A stretch of DNA of 64,000 bases from positions 13,202-77,201 of the forward strand of contig CADBDA010000009.1 of NCBI GenBank assembly GCA_902793295.1. Direction: 5' to 3'. Made by a program: the position numbers and the translations under genes. This DNA comes from an uncultured Bacteroidota bacterium. Its GTDB lineage: Bacteria > Bacteroidota > Bacteroidia > Bacteroidales > P3. Below the pieces are notes generated by a model. That model saw nothing but the letters and a program-made list of their open reading frames with translations. It was not told where the DNA came from and ran no database searches. The first letter of the stretch is position 1, and each line of letters begins with the position of its first letter. Shown piece after piece: positions 8,203 through 18,819 of the stretch.

Positions 8203-9906
8203 ATGAGAAAGATCACTCTGATTTCCTTAGCCTTACTTATGCTGCCTGTCGTGGCGGCAAATGCCTGCACCAACTTCATCTGCAGCCGTGGTGCCAGCGC
8301 CGACGGCTCGACGATGATCACCTATGCTGCCGACAGCCATACGCGCTACGGACAGCTGCGCTACCACAGGGGCGGCGACCACCAGCCGGGCGAAACGGTG
8401 CGGCTCTACAACTACGGCAGCCTGAAATTCCAGATCGAGATTCCCCAGGCGGCACACACCTACAATGTGGTGGGATTCATCAACGAATGCCAGCTGGCCA
8501 TCGGCGAGACCACATGGGGCGGCATCAGCCCGCTCGACAAAGGAAACGCCGAGGGCATCGACTACGGCAATCTTATCTACCTGGCCCTGCAACGTGCCAA
8601 GAACTGCCGCGAGGCCATCAAGGTCATGGCCGAACTGGTCGAAACCTACGGCTACGCTGACGGTGGCGAGAGCTTCTCGCTGGCCGATCCCAACGAGGTG
8701 TGGATTTTCGAAATCACCAGCAAAGGTGGCGAGAAAGGCGCCGTATGGGTGGCCCGCCGCGTGCCCGACGGTTATGTCTGCGGCCACGCCAACCAGGCTC
8801 GCATCACCACCTTCCCGCAGGAGGTGAAGAAATCGCACAAGAGCATCAGCAGCAAGAACCTGAAACACATCTTCGACCCTGAAGTGGAATGCGTCTACGC
8901 TGCCGATGTCGTTGCTTTCGCCAAAAAGAACGGCTGGGCGGTCTACGCTGTGCAGACCAAGAACAGCGACGCCGACTTCAGCTTTGCCGACACCTACAAC
9001 CCTCTTACCTTCAGCGGTCTGCGTGCCTGCGAAGCCCGCGTCTATGCCATGTTCAACCGCGTGAACGGCAATATGCGCCGATACGAGGCCTTCGCCATGG
9101 GCGACAAACAGGCCGAACGACTGCCGCTGTGGATCAGACCCGACCACAAACTGACGGTGCACGACGTGATGGAACTGATGCGCGACCACTTTGAAGGAAC
9201 CCCGATGGATATGAGCCAAGATGTGGGAGGCGGTCCTTTCCATTGCCCCTACCGCTGGCGCCCCATGGACTTCGAGGTGAATGGCAAGAAATACGTCCAC
9301 GAACGCGCCATCTCGACACAACAGACCGGCTTCAGCTTTGTGGCCCAGTGCCGCGGTTGGCTGCCCAACAAGCTGGGCGGCATCATCTGGTTTGGCGTCG
9401 ACGACACCTACTCCACCGTCTATTGCCCCATGTTCTGCGGTCTGACCCAAGTGCCCGAATGCTTCGAAGAAGGCAACGGTAGCATGGCCCAATACTCCGA
9501 GTCATCGGCCTTCTGGCTCTTCAACCGCGTGAGCAACTTCTGCTATCTGCGCTACGACAGCATGATTGTCGACGTGCGCCAGGTGCAGGGCCAATTGGAA
9601 CAGGACTTTATCGACATCGTGGAACGCGTGAGCAAAGAATATGAGAACTACGACGACAGCCGACTGGTGGCCTCGCTCAACAAAACCAGCAACCGGTGCG
9701 CCGACCAGATGATGCGCCGCTGGCGCGAACTGGACCACCTGCTGCTGCTCAAATACATGGACGGCAACATCAAGAAGGTGGAAAACGGGAAAATCAAGAC
9801 CACCCCAACCGGTGTCGTCACCGGGCTCAAGCAACCGCCCTATCCGCAGTGGTTCTACAAACAGATTGTCAACGACCACGGCACCGTGATCGAAGTGAAG
9901 GAATAG
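8203..9906 (+). CDS. C69 family dipeptidase, copy 2 (tandem paralog)
   Basis: A signal peptide is followed by NA-CTNFIC. Shared blocks with copy 1 include DGSTMITYAADSH, GESFS.ADPNEVWIFE and PYRWRPM. Confidence 0.85.
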   Translation: MRKITLISLALLMLPVVAANACTNFICSRGASADGSTMITYAADSHTRYGQLRYHRGGDHQPGETVRLYNYGSLKFQIEIPQAAHTYNVVGFINECQLAIGETTWGGISPLDKGNAEGIDYGNLIYLALQRAKNCREAIKVMAELVETYGYADGGESFSLADPNEVWIFEITSKGGEKGAVWVARRVPDGYVCGHANQARITTFPQEVKKSHKSISSKNLKHIFDPEVECVYAADVVAFAKKNGWAVYAVQTKNSDADFSFADTYNPLTFSGLRACEARVYAMFNRVNGNMRRYEAFAMGDKQAERLPLWIRPDHKLTVHDVMELMRDHFEGTPMDMSQDVGGGPFHCPYRWRPMDFEVNGKKYVHERAISTQQTGFSFVAQCRGWLPNKLGGIIWFGVDDTYSTVYCPMFCGLTQVPECFEEGNGSMAQYSESSAFWLFNRVSNFCYLRYDSMIVDVRQVQGQLEQDFIDIVERVSKEYENYDDSRLVASLNKTSNRCADQMMRRWRELDHLLLLKYMDGNIKKVENGKIKTTPTGVVTGLKQPPYPQWFYKQIVNDHGTVIEVKE

Positions 9907-9937
9907 CGAGATTACGGCTTGAATTATAACAAGGTGA

Positions 9938-9969
9938 GCATTCCTCTCGACGAGGGATGCTTTTTTTTT
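9938..9969 (+). terminator. rho-independent terminator
   Basis: The stem is gcattcctc paired with gagggatgc (one mismatch), followed by a T9 run. Confidence 0.65.
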
Positions 9970-10129
9970 GCTTTTTGTAGTTAATGAATCCTTTTTTACG
10001 TTATTACCCTTGTTAAGGGTTTTGCCTCGAAACCGCTTTCGCCACCAACTGCCGTTCACTCTGAGCCCCTACCATAGCATTCAAGGCCCTTAAAATTCTG
10101 CATTGATTTACAATTAATTGTTCAATAAT

Positions 10130-13100
10130 ATGCAAAAAAGAATTATTACTTTCCTTAGCGCGGTCTGCATGCTGTGCTTTTCGCTCTCCTTGCAGGCTCA
10201 GGACTGGCGTGCCACCACTCCCTACCAGTATGGCTTCGATAACGCCACCGAAAACGCCATCTGGATGCTGATTAGCAGCAACGACACAACAGCGCACAAC
10301 AAATGGTACATCGGCTCTGCCGTCGACAATGGCACCTTCGGCAACAATGCCCTCTTCATCAGTGCCGACTCAGGTAGCACGCACAGCTACGATACCGCTG
10401 TCGCTTCATCGGCTGTCGCCTACCGCGACTTTCATCTCTTAGCTGGCGAATACATCATCGAGTACGACTGGAAGAGCATGGGCGAGAACCGCAGCGACTA
10501 CCTGATGGTGGCGCTCATCCCTGACACCATCGCCCTCTCCCTCACCGAGAACGCTCTCCCCAGGGGTTTCTCCTCAATGACACTTCCTCAAGGATGCATC
10601 AGCCTGAGCGGCACAGACTTCAATATGGGACTGACCGGTGCCTCCGTCTGGAATCATCAGATGCAACACTTCATGGTGCCTTCGGAAGGCAACTATAGGC
10701 TGGCCTTCTTCTGGGTCAACGATGAGAACAGCGGTGACAACCCGCCGGCAGCAGTGGACAACATCGATTTCAGAACGGTCACCTGCTTCCAACCGACCAA
10801 CCTCACCGCCACTCAGGATGTCCACTCCATCACCCTGAACTGGACATCGGCAGGTAGCGAAAGCGCCTGGGTCATTGATGGCAACGACACCACCTATCTG
10901 GCCAACACCACCAGCTTCACCATCAACAACCTGACCCCCAGAACGGTCTACACCTTCAGCGTCCGCGCCATTTGCAGCGCCGGCGACACCAGTTTTGGCG
11001 CCTCCATCACGACAGGCACGGGTGTGGAAATTCCCTATTTCGAAGACTTTGAGAATATGGACGTGGCATCGTACGGCGGCATTCCGCTGTGGAGCTACAT
11101 TCTGACAGGCGACTCGGCCCACAGCACTTCGGAATACGCACCGCAACTGTCGGGTTCCTCGCAATCAGGCAACCACAGCCTGCAACTGCGTGGCTTCGGC
11201 TACACCATCCTGCCCATCGTGGACCAACCGGCCGACACGCTCCAACTGTCATTCACACATAGTGCCAACATCGCCAGCAGCATGCTCGAAGTGGGTGTCA
11301 TGGAAGGCAGCACGTTTGTACCGCTGGACACCATCAGCAACACCACGGGCAGCAGAGAGCGGATCGTCTATCTGATGAACTATACGGGCACCAGCCGTAG
11401 CATCGCTTTCCGCAACTCCAGCACCAGCCCCACGGCTCAAAGCGCTACCCACTACATCGACAACCTGCGGGTCGATTACCTGCCCAGCTGCTTCCCCGTA
11501 GCCTCCACCTCGGTGGCGGCCGACTCAGTCAGCGCCATCATCAGCTGGACACCCCAGTTCGACGCCACCAGCTGGTATGTCGAAGTGCTTGACGAGGAAG
11601 GTACGGTTGTCAACGACACCCTCTGCACCACGCCCTCCGTCACTTTCTCCTCCTTGCAGCCCAACAGCGCCTTCGGCTATCGGGTGCGCAGCTACTGCGC
11701 CGAGGGTGACACCAGCACCGCCCTGGGCGGCAGCTTCCGCACCCTGTGCGTCGCCGTGCCCAACAGCGAACTGCCCTACACCTACAGCTTCGAGGCCGGC
11801 GACAGCCGCGGCTACTGCTGGAAAGGTTACAGCAACAGCTTCTTCACCCCATCCGAAAGCTACAGCGCTTCCCACTCGGGCAACTACGGCCTATCGTTTA
11901 ACAGCACTGCCGACAACTACAGCTACATGGTGCTGCCCCTATTCGAAGCACCCGTCAACGCACTGATGGTCAGCCTCTACATGGGCGCTTCCAGAAACAG
12001 TGTCGACGGACAGATGATTATCGGTGTGATGGACGACCCCGCCGACTTCAGCACCTTCACCGGCGTCGACACCGTCCACAGCAACGGCACCACCATGCAA
12101 TTATACGAACTGCCCCTCACCAACTACACCGGAACGGGTCGCAACATCGCCATTCTCTGCGACTCGGGCGCCGTGCACAATTTCTTCATCGACGATGTGA
12201 CCGTCGAACCCACCCCCACGTGCAGCAAGGTGCACGACCTTGAAGTGCCCATCGTCACCGCCGGTGCCGCACTGGCTCGCTGGTCCAACGGCCGCATTGG
12301 CGACTATACCGGTGCTCATATCGAATACCGCGACACGCTGAGCGAAAGCTGGCTGTCGGTCAACACCAACGGCTTGGAACAGCTCATCACCAACATGAAC
12401 CACAACCTTTGCTACGAAATACGCGTGGCTGCCATGTGTTCGGGCAACAACATGTCGCAATACGTCAACACCTTCATCACCACCGCCATGACCACATGCA
12501 ACGAGATTGACTCGCTCACCACTTGGAACGATACCTTGAGCGGCTTCTCCTCCTCCAGCCACTACGAAATACCCGTCCACAACTGGTACAACTACTCCTT
12601 CACCGAACAACTCTTCACCGTCGGCGAACTGGACACCGCCGGCTCGGTCAGCGCCATCGATTTCTTCTACGACGACACCCTCCATTCCATGACGGCCAAA
12701 GACAGCTGCCTCATCTACATGGGCATCAGCGACGGCAACAGCATCAACGCTCGCAACTTCATCGACCCCTCGCAGATGACACTCGTCTACAGCGGTCCCC
12801 TCAACTGCACCTACGGTTGGAACACTTTCGCCTTCAACCAAGGCTTCTTCAACTATGACGGACGTCACAATTTGGTGGTGGCCGTGGTCGACAACTCGGG
12901 CGAAAGCCACGACCAGACCTACCGCTTCCGCTGCCACAACGCTTCGGGCAAAGCCATCACACTCTACAGCGACGAACACTCGTTCGACAACTATATTCTG
13001 ATGGATTATCAGGAACTGAACTACCGCAACGACATGGTGCTACATTTCGCCGAATGCGGCAACGAAAGCGAATGTTTCCCGCCCATGATCTTTGTCGAGT

Positions 13101-16100
13101 CCATCGGCGTCGACAGCATCAGCGTGTCGCTCATCCCCGGCGCCTACGAAACCGGCTGGACGCTATACGCTCAGGAAATGGGCAACTCCATGCACTATGT
13201 CGGCAGCACCAGCCAACACCATTACACCTTCCATGGCCTGAACCCCTCCACCACCTACACGCTCCGCATCTTGGGCGAATGCGAGGACTCGATGTACAGC
13301 GACGTGACTGTCACCACCCGCTGCCTGGCCCAGCCGGCTCCCTTCTATGAAGACTTCGGCGGATGGCCCCTCTCGGCATCGCCCATCGTACCCCCATGCT
13401 GGTACAAATACTACTCCAACGGTGAAAACGTGCCCTACGTGAGCTCCTATCGGTCGCGAGGCGACGGCAAGGCACTCTTCCTCTACTCAGCCGCTTCGTC
13501 CTACAGCTTCGTGGCCCTGCCCGAAATGCAGCCCTCCGTCGACTCGCTGCAGCTGAACTTCTGGGTCTACCGCGAAAACAACGGGGGCAACAACAACTAT
13601 CCCCACAGCGTCGTGGTCGGCGTTATGGCCGATGTGAATGACATCGAGAGTTTCGTTGTCATCGACACCGTGACCCCCGACGTGGCCAACGTGTGGCAAT
13701 ACGTGGAGCTGCCTCTCAACAGCTTCATGGACGACAGCACCCTGTCCGACGACCAGAAAGCCGCCTTGCGCCATGGTCGCATCACACTGCTCTCGCCCGA
13801 CAGCACCTACAACTACCCGTATATCGACGACATCGAAATCGACTACATCCCCCGTTGCGCCCGCCCAACCGGCCTGGTCCACCTCAGCTATCCAGCTTCC
13901 GACACCATGCTCATCGGCTGGGACTTCATGAGCGACAACCTGGGCTATTTTGTCAGCGACGGCACCCACCAATACTTCACCACCGCAAACACCTTCTACC
14001 TGCCCAACCTTAACGGCAGCATGATGTACGACATCTCGGTGCGCCAGTATTGCGGCGAGATGGACAACAACCATCTGATCGTTTGGAGCGACACCAGCGA
14101 TGCCATCACAGCCTCCTTCCGCACCAATTGCGGCGCCATCACCAAGACGCCTTGGATTGAGGGATTCGAAGGCGTTAATCCGCGCTGGTATTTCGACTCG
14201 GTCTTCTCCACCTGCTGGACCCGCATCAGCGACTCGGTGACCTACTTCGGCGTCCCCTACGTTTCGGACGACAACGACTATAACGGCGATATCCACACTG
14301 GCTACCGCGGCATTGCGTGGGATGCCATGACCAGCAGCATGTACGGCGACCGCCAGTACATCATCACCCCGCCCATCGACACCGACTCGCTGCCCATCAA
14401 CAGCCTGCAGGTCAAATTCTGGGCCCGTTCGAAGAGCAACCTGACCACTCCTCGCTTTACAGTCGGCGTCATGAGCGACCGCAACGACACCAACAGCTTT
14501 GTGGCTGTCGAAACAGTCACCATACCCGGCATCACCGAATGGAGAGAATACACCGTCTATCTGAACAACTACGTGGGCAACGGCTCCTACATCGCCTTCA
14601 AAGTCGACCGTCCACAATCCTCATGGTCGGCCAGCATTGACGACATCGTTATCGGCAGAATGCCCAACTGCCCGCCGGTAAGCAACATCACCGCCGTCGA
14701 TATCGACACCGCTCTCATCCGTCTGACCTGGACCGAGAACGGCACTGCCACCGCATGGGATGTGGAATACGGGCCGCAAGGCTTCACTCCCGGAAACGGC
14801 ACGTTTGCCTACGTCACCTCGCTGCCCTTCACGGCATCGGCACTGACATCAAACACCACCTACGAATTCCGTATCAAACCGGCCTGCACCGAAGATATCA
14901 ATCCTGTCGTGGTGGCCTTCACCACTGTCGGCGGTTACCTCACCGTGCCCTTCTACTGCGACTTCACCGACGAGGGCATCAACAGCCTGTGGGAATTCTC
15001 CAATGGCACCAACGTCAATGCATGGTATATCGGAACCGCCACCGGCAACGGCGACAGCAATGCACTCTACATCTCGAACGACAACGGCGTGAACCACATC
15101 TACAACCCCGATTCCACCTGCGTCAGCTTTGCCTATGTCAACCTGCTCATCCCCGACACCGGTTACTATTATTACAGCTATGACTGGAAATGCCGCGGAC
15201 AGGCCAACATTGCCTTCGACTACATGCGTGCCGCCATTGTCCCCATCAGCGTCGACGTCGAGGCGGGCGAGGAGACTCCTACCGGATTCAGCATCACCAA
15301 CCTCCCGCAAGGATGGATTGCCATCGACAACGGAAGCATGCTCAACGAAAGCATCGATTGGACCAACCAAACCGACGAGTTCCATATCGACCATCCGGGT
15401 TTCTACCGCATGATGTTCGTCTGGGTCAACGACCGCCATTCCATGGGCCATCAGCCTCCCGCCGCAATCGACAACATCGTTGTGCGTCGCAACTCCTGCC
15501 TCACCCCGGTCGATTTGGGATGCGAGGTGTTCAGCGACAGCGTCTTCTTCTACTGGAACTCCAATGGCGACAATACCCATTGGCTGGTCAGCGTCGGCGA
15601 CAGCACCTTCATGACCGACCACCCCTTCACGCCCATCAGCGGCTTGCTGCCCAACCAGGACTATACACTCAGCGTCCGCACCTTCTGCTTCCCCAACGAC
15701 ACCAGCCTTGCAGCCACTCTTGCCATCCATACCGACTGCTACCCCATTGCGGTCCCCTACTACGAGAATTTCGACAACATCACCACTTCCACAACAGCCG
15801 TAACGGGTGTACTGATGCCCTGCTGGAACTACATTCCCTCCTATAGCTACGACGACGGCTCCCTGTCGGTCAACGCTGTCAAACCCACCATCTTCTATAA
15901 TTCCTCCATCGCCAGCAGCGGCAACTACAGCCTGCGTTTCCGAGGCATCGGTTACGTCACCCTTCCGCCCGTCGACATGCCCTTGAACCGCATCAAAGTC
16001 AACCTCACACATTTCACCAACGCCTCGGATGCCACCTTGGAAATCGGTGTGATGGATGATGGTGTCTTCATCCCCATGGGCTCTATCAGCGATCAGGAGG

Positions 16101-18169
16101 GAAGCCATGTCAGCCACACCTTCCCCTTTACCAACTACAACGGTAACAGCCGCACCATTGCCTTCTACAATATTGACCCCGATCCGCAAGGCTTCTTCCA
16201 ACAGAGCATTCAATTCATCGACGACCTCTCCATCGAGGAACTGCCCATCTGCATGCCTGTCTCCAATATCCACAGCAGCTACAGCTCCACCACCGAGATA
16301 CTGCTCGACTGGACCGACGTCACCCCGTCGGCCGGCTGGCGCATCGAGTATGGACCCATCGGTTTCACCCAGGGCACCGGCACCATGGCCTACACCACCT
16401 ATCACCCGTTCAATATCGGCGGTCTCGACACGCTGTCCGGCTACGACTTCTACGTGCGCCCGGTGTGCAGCAGCACCGACAGCGCCGACTGGACTGGTCC
16501 TGTGAGCCTCTACACGTCGCTCTGCGACTCGTCGTTCACCGTCTCTACCGGCAACGCCACGGGTACCACCTATTATGCACCCGTCAACAACCTGTACGAA
16601 TACGGCCTGACCGAGGTCATCATCACCTCCCAGGAACTCACCGGCATCGGCGACATCGAAAAGATAGGTTTCTACTACAACCACAGCGTTCCCATGACCG
16701 GCAAAGACAGCGTCAAGATGTATCTGCAGCCCACCACCGTCTCGTCATTCCAGACCAACTCCGCCATCATTCCACTCGATGAAAACGGTGTCCTCGTCTA
16801 CTCGGGCAGTCTGAACTGCAGCCAAGGCTGGAACTACTTCACACTCGATAATCCCTACACCTGGAACGGCGCCACCAACCTGGTGCTGATCATCGATGAC
16901 AACTCCTTCGCCGCCAACACCACCCAGCACACCTTCAGCACAGCGCCCAGCTCGGGATACAAAACCATCTGCTACTACTCGGCCGACTACAACATCAATC
17001 CGGCCAACCCCAGCCAGTATATCGTCTTCAAGAGCCGCTTCGCTCAACGTCCGGTGCTGCAACTGGTTTCCTGCGGTGTCGAGCCGTGCCCCAAACCCTT
17101 CAACCTCCACACCACCACAGTCAGCCAAAACAGCGCTACCGTGGTCTGGAGTGGCAATGGCTCGGAGTTCGAAGTGACCTACAAGGAAGATGCTGCCGAT
17201 GTGTGGAACAGCATCCAAACGGTCACCACCACCGGACTCAACGGCAGTCTGACATTGACGGGCCTGGACGAAAACACCACCTACAGCTACCGCATCCGCC
17301 AGGTCTGCTCTGAAGGACTGCAGTCCGACTGGGTCTACAGCACCTTCACCACCACATTCAGCCCCTGCCCCGCCCCCACAGGCATCAGCGTGAGCGACAT
17401 CAACTACACGAGCGCCGCTGTCGACTGGAGCTGCGAGAATGAAAACGCCGTTTGGAAGCTACATGTCTGGAGCGGTGCCCTCGACACCGTCTATCAGGCG
17501 GCCTCCCATCCCTTCACCCTCACGGGTCTCCTGGCCGGCATCCACTACAAGATGCAGATCGCCACACTATGCAACGCCAGCGGCAACCTCTCACAATGGA
17601 GCGACACCATTGCCTTCACCACCACCGTTTGCGACAGCGTCAGCAATGTCCAGGTGAACACCATCACCTCCTCCACAGCCAGTGTCAGCTGGCAAAGCAC
17701 CGGTGCAGCCAGCTACACCATCGACTACGGCCCCGCGGGCTTCTTGGAAGGATTCGGCACCCAAGTGGACAATATCTCTGGCACCTCATTCACCATCTCC
17801 GACCTGACACCCGAAACGGCATACGACGTCTATGTGCGTGCCCAGTGTGCAGCGGGAGCCTACAGCACGTGGAGTCACCGCGTCACCTTCACCACCTCGC
17901 AACAGGGCATTAACTTGGCCGATGGCATGCAGGTGACCATCTATCCTAACCCGACGTCGACTCATACCACCATAGCGCTGAACGGCATCACCGGCAAAGT
18001 CAGCTTACAGATTGTGGACCTCGGCGGACGTATTGTCTTCAGCGAGCAGGTGACCTGCCAGGAAGACTGCACCAAGCGTTTGGATGTTAGCGGTCTGGCA
18101 CCCGGAGCCTACTTTGTACACATAGCAGGACCCGATGTGAACAATGTCCAACGACTGATTGTGAAATAA
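10130..18169 (+). CDS. giant T9SS-secreted surface protein (2679 aa): FN3-like repeats, choice-of-anchor-J/MAM-like modules, C-terminal Por sorting domain
   Basis: Signal peptide MQKRIITFLSAVCMLCFSLSLQAQ (the track start TTG 10118 was trimmed to ATG 10130). Repeated W..E.....Y.F.VR..C FN3-like units and ...IDN/IDD... module ends occur throughout. The C-terminus VTIYPNPTSTHTTIALNG...GAYFVHIAG...QRLIVK is a T9SS CTD. Confidence 0.85.
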   Translation: MQKRIITFLSAVCMLCFSLSLQAQDWRATTPYQYGFDNATENAIWMLISSNDTTAHNKWYIGSAVDNGTFGNNALFISADSGSTHSYDTAVASSAVAYRDFHLLAGEYIIEYDWKSMGENRSDYLMVALIPDTIALSLTENALPRGFSSMTLPQGCISLSGTDFNMGLTGASVWNHQMQHFMVPSEGNYRLAFFWVNDENSGDNPPAAVDNIDFRTVTCFQPTNLTATQDVHSITLNWTSAGSESAWVIDGNDTTYLANTTSFTINNLTPRTVYTFSVRAICSAGDTSFGASITTGTGVEIPYFEDFENMDVASYGGIPLWSYILTGDSAHSTSEYAPQLSGSSQSGNHSLQLRGFGYTILPIVDQPADTLQLSFTHSANIASSMLEVGVMEGSTFVPLDTISNTTGSRERIVYLMNYTGTSRSIAFRNSSTSPTAQSATHYIDNLRVDYLPSCFPVASTSVAADSVSAIISWTPQFDATSWYVEVLDEEGTVVNDTLCTTPSVTFSSLQPNSAFGYRVRSYCAEGDTSTALGGSFRTLCVAVPNSELPYTYSFEAGDSRGYCWKGYSNSFFTPSESYSASHSGNYGLSFNSTADNYSYMVLPLFEAPVNALMVSLYMGASRNSVDGQMIIGVMDDPADFSTFTGVDTVHSNGTTMQLYELPLTNYTGTGRNIAILCDSGAVHNFFIDDVTVEPTPTCSKVHDLEVPIVTAGAALARWSNGRIGDYTGAHIEYRDTLSESWLSVNTNGLEQLITNMNHNLCYEIRVAAMCSGNNMSQYVNTFITTAMTTCNEIDSLTTWNDTLSGFSSSSHYEIPVHNWYNYSFTEQLFTVGELDTAGSVSAIDFFYDDTLHSMTAKDSCLIYMGISDGNSINARNFIDPSQMTLVYSGPLNCTYGWNTFAFNQGFFNYDGRHNLVVAVVDNSGESHDQTYRFRCHNASGKAITLYSDEHSFDNYILMDYQELNYRNDMVLHFAECGNESECFPPMIFVESIGVDSISVSLIPGAYETGWTLYAQEMGNSMHYVGSTSQHHYTFHGLNPSTTYTLRILGECEDSMYSDVTVTTRCLAQPAPFYEDFGGWPLSASPIVPPCWYKYYSNGENVPYVSSYRSRGDGKALFLYSAASSYSFVALPEMQPSVDSLQLNFWVYRENNGGNNNYPHSVVVGVMADVNDIESFVVIDTVTPDVANVWQYVELPLNSFMDDSTLSDDQKAALRHGRITLLSPDSTYNYPYIDDIEIDYIPRCARPTGLVHLSYPASDTMLIGWDFMSDNLGYFVSDGTHQYFTTANTFYLPNLNGSMMYDISVRQYCGEMDNNHLIVWSDTSDAITASFRTNCGAITKTPWIEGFEGVNPRWYFDSVFSTCWTRISDSVTYFGVPYVSDDNDYNGDIHTGYRGIAWDAMTSSMYGDRQYIITPPIDTDSLPINSLQVKFWARSKSNLTTPRFTVGVMSDRNDTNSFVAVETVTIPGITEWREYTVYLNNYVGNGSYIAFKVDRPQSSWSASIDDIVIGRMPNCPPVSNITAVDIDTALIRLTWTENGTATAWDVEYGPQGFTPGNGTFAYVTSLPFTASALTSNTTYEFRIKPACTEDINPVVVAFTTVGGYLTVPFYCDFTDEGINSLWEFSNGTNVNAWYIGTATGNGDSNALYISNDNGVNHIYNPDSTCVSFAYVNLLIPDTGYYYYSYDWKCRGQANIAFDYMRAAIVPISVDVEAGEETPTGFSITNLPQGWIAIDNGSMLNESIDWTNQTDEFHIDHPGFYRMMFVWVNDRHSMGHQPPAAIDNIVVRRNSCLTPVDLGCEVFSDSVFFYWNSNGDNTHWLVSVGDSTFMTDHPFTPISGLLPNQDYTLSVRTFCFPNDTSLAATLAIHTDCYPIAVPYYENFDNITTSTTAVTGVLMPCWNYIPSYSYDDGSLSVNAVKPTIFYNSSIASSGNYSLRFRGIGYVTLPPVDMPLNRIKVNLTHFTNASDATLEIGVMDDGVFIPMGSISDQEGSHVSHTFPFTNYNGNSRTIAFYNIDPDPQGFFQQSIQFIDDLSIEELPICMPVSNIHSSYSSTTEILLDWTDVTPSAGWRIEYGPIGFTQGTGTMAYTTYHPFNIGGLDTLSGYDFYVRPVCSSTDSADWTGPVSLYTSLCDSSFTVSTGNATGTTYYAPVNNLYEYGLTEVIITSQELTGIGDIEKIGFYYNHSVPMTGKDSVKMYLQPTTVSSFQTNSAIIPLDENGVLVYSGSLNCSQGWNYFTLDNPYTWNGATNLVLIIDDNSFAANTTQHTFSTAPSSGYKTICYYSADYNINPANPSQYIVFKSRFAQRPVLQLVSCGVEPCPKPFNLHTTTVSQNSATVVWSGNGSEFEVTYKEDAADVWNSIQTVTTTGLNGSLTLTGLDENTTYSYRIRQVCSEGLQSDWVYSTFTTTFSPCPAPTGISVSDINYTSAAVDWSCENENAVWKLHVWSGALDTVYQAASHPFTLTGLLAGIHYKMQIATLCNASGNLSQWSDTIAFTTTVCDSVSNVQVNTITSSTASVSWQSTGAASYTIDYGPAGFLEGFGTQVDNISGTSFTISDLTPETAYDVYVRAQCAAGAYSTWSHRVTFTTSQQGINLADGMQVTIYPNPTSTHTTIALNGITGKVSLQIVDLGGRIVFSEQVTCQEDCTKRLDVSGLAPGAYFVHIAGPDVNNVQRLIVK

Positions 18170-18176
18170 GGACAAG

Positions 18177-18209
18177 CCATCGGAGCGGAATGGTGCCTCC
18201 GATGGTTTT
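18177..18209 (+). terminator. rho-independent terminator
   Basis: The stem is ccatcggag paired with ctccgatgg, followed by TTTT, directly after the stop at 18169. Confidence 0.65.
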
Positions 18210-18222
18210 GCATCATCCAATC

Positions 18223-18260
18223 AAAACGGGCCTCTGACCATTGTCGGAGGCCCGTTTGTT
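18223..18260. terminator. second, bidirectional hairpin
   Basis: The stem is aaacgggcctc paired with gaggcccgttt, flanked by A and T tracts. It lies between convergent genes. Confidence 0.55.
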
Positions 18261-18309
18261 ATTGGGTGGATTGGACCGGAAGATGCGGAAGGCGGAACGT
18301 CGCGCACCG

Positions 18310-18819
18310 CTACCAGAGCCACGATTTCAGACGGCGGGCGCGCGAACGCGACAGGGTGAAGTAGTTGCTGTCGATGCGTAGATGGCGGCAGTTGGAACTG
18401 ACATAGACAATGTAGCGGACACCCTCGTCGTCGTAAAGGAAGAGCTCATAGGCCGGTTCAAAAGCCGTGTGGCCATACTTGGCTTGCGCCAGCAGGGGTA
18501 GCACCTCGTCGCGGTCCAACTGTTCCTGGTCCTCTTCGCCTGCCAGCGCATAGGCGACATCGACAATGATATAGCATTCGTAAAGGTCTTCAAACCGGGG
18601 TTTCCGTTTGGACATCGACAACGGCTGCTCGTATGCTTTCAGATGGGGTGCCGCCGGTGCGAACGTGCCTTTTGCGGTGGTTGCCGGAGCAACAGGACCC
18701 TCCACAGCCTCATGCGTTTCAGAACGTACCGGGCATGTCACCGCAGCCACGAACAGCAGCACCACGAAGGATGACTTTAGGCCCAGCGACTTGTGCAGAT
18801 GTCCGAACAAAGTGCTCAT
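18310..18819 (-). CDS. hypothetical secreted protein
   Basis: 169-aa ORF with an N-terminal hydrophobic segment. Its ATG overlaps the rlmN stop in an ATGA motif (18816-18819), suggesting translational coupling. No family was recognised. Confidence 0.5.
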   Translation of the reverse strand: MSTLFGHLHKSLGLKSSFVVLLFVAAVTCPVRSETHEAVEGPVAPATTAKGTFAPAAPHLKAYEQPLSMSKRKPRFEDLYECYIIVDVAYALAGEEDQEQLDRDEVLPLLAQAKYGHTAFEPAYELFLYDDEGVRYIVYVSSNCRHLRIDSNYFTLSRSRARRLKSWLW

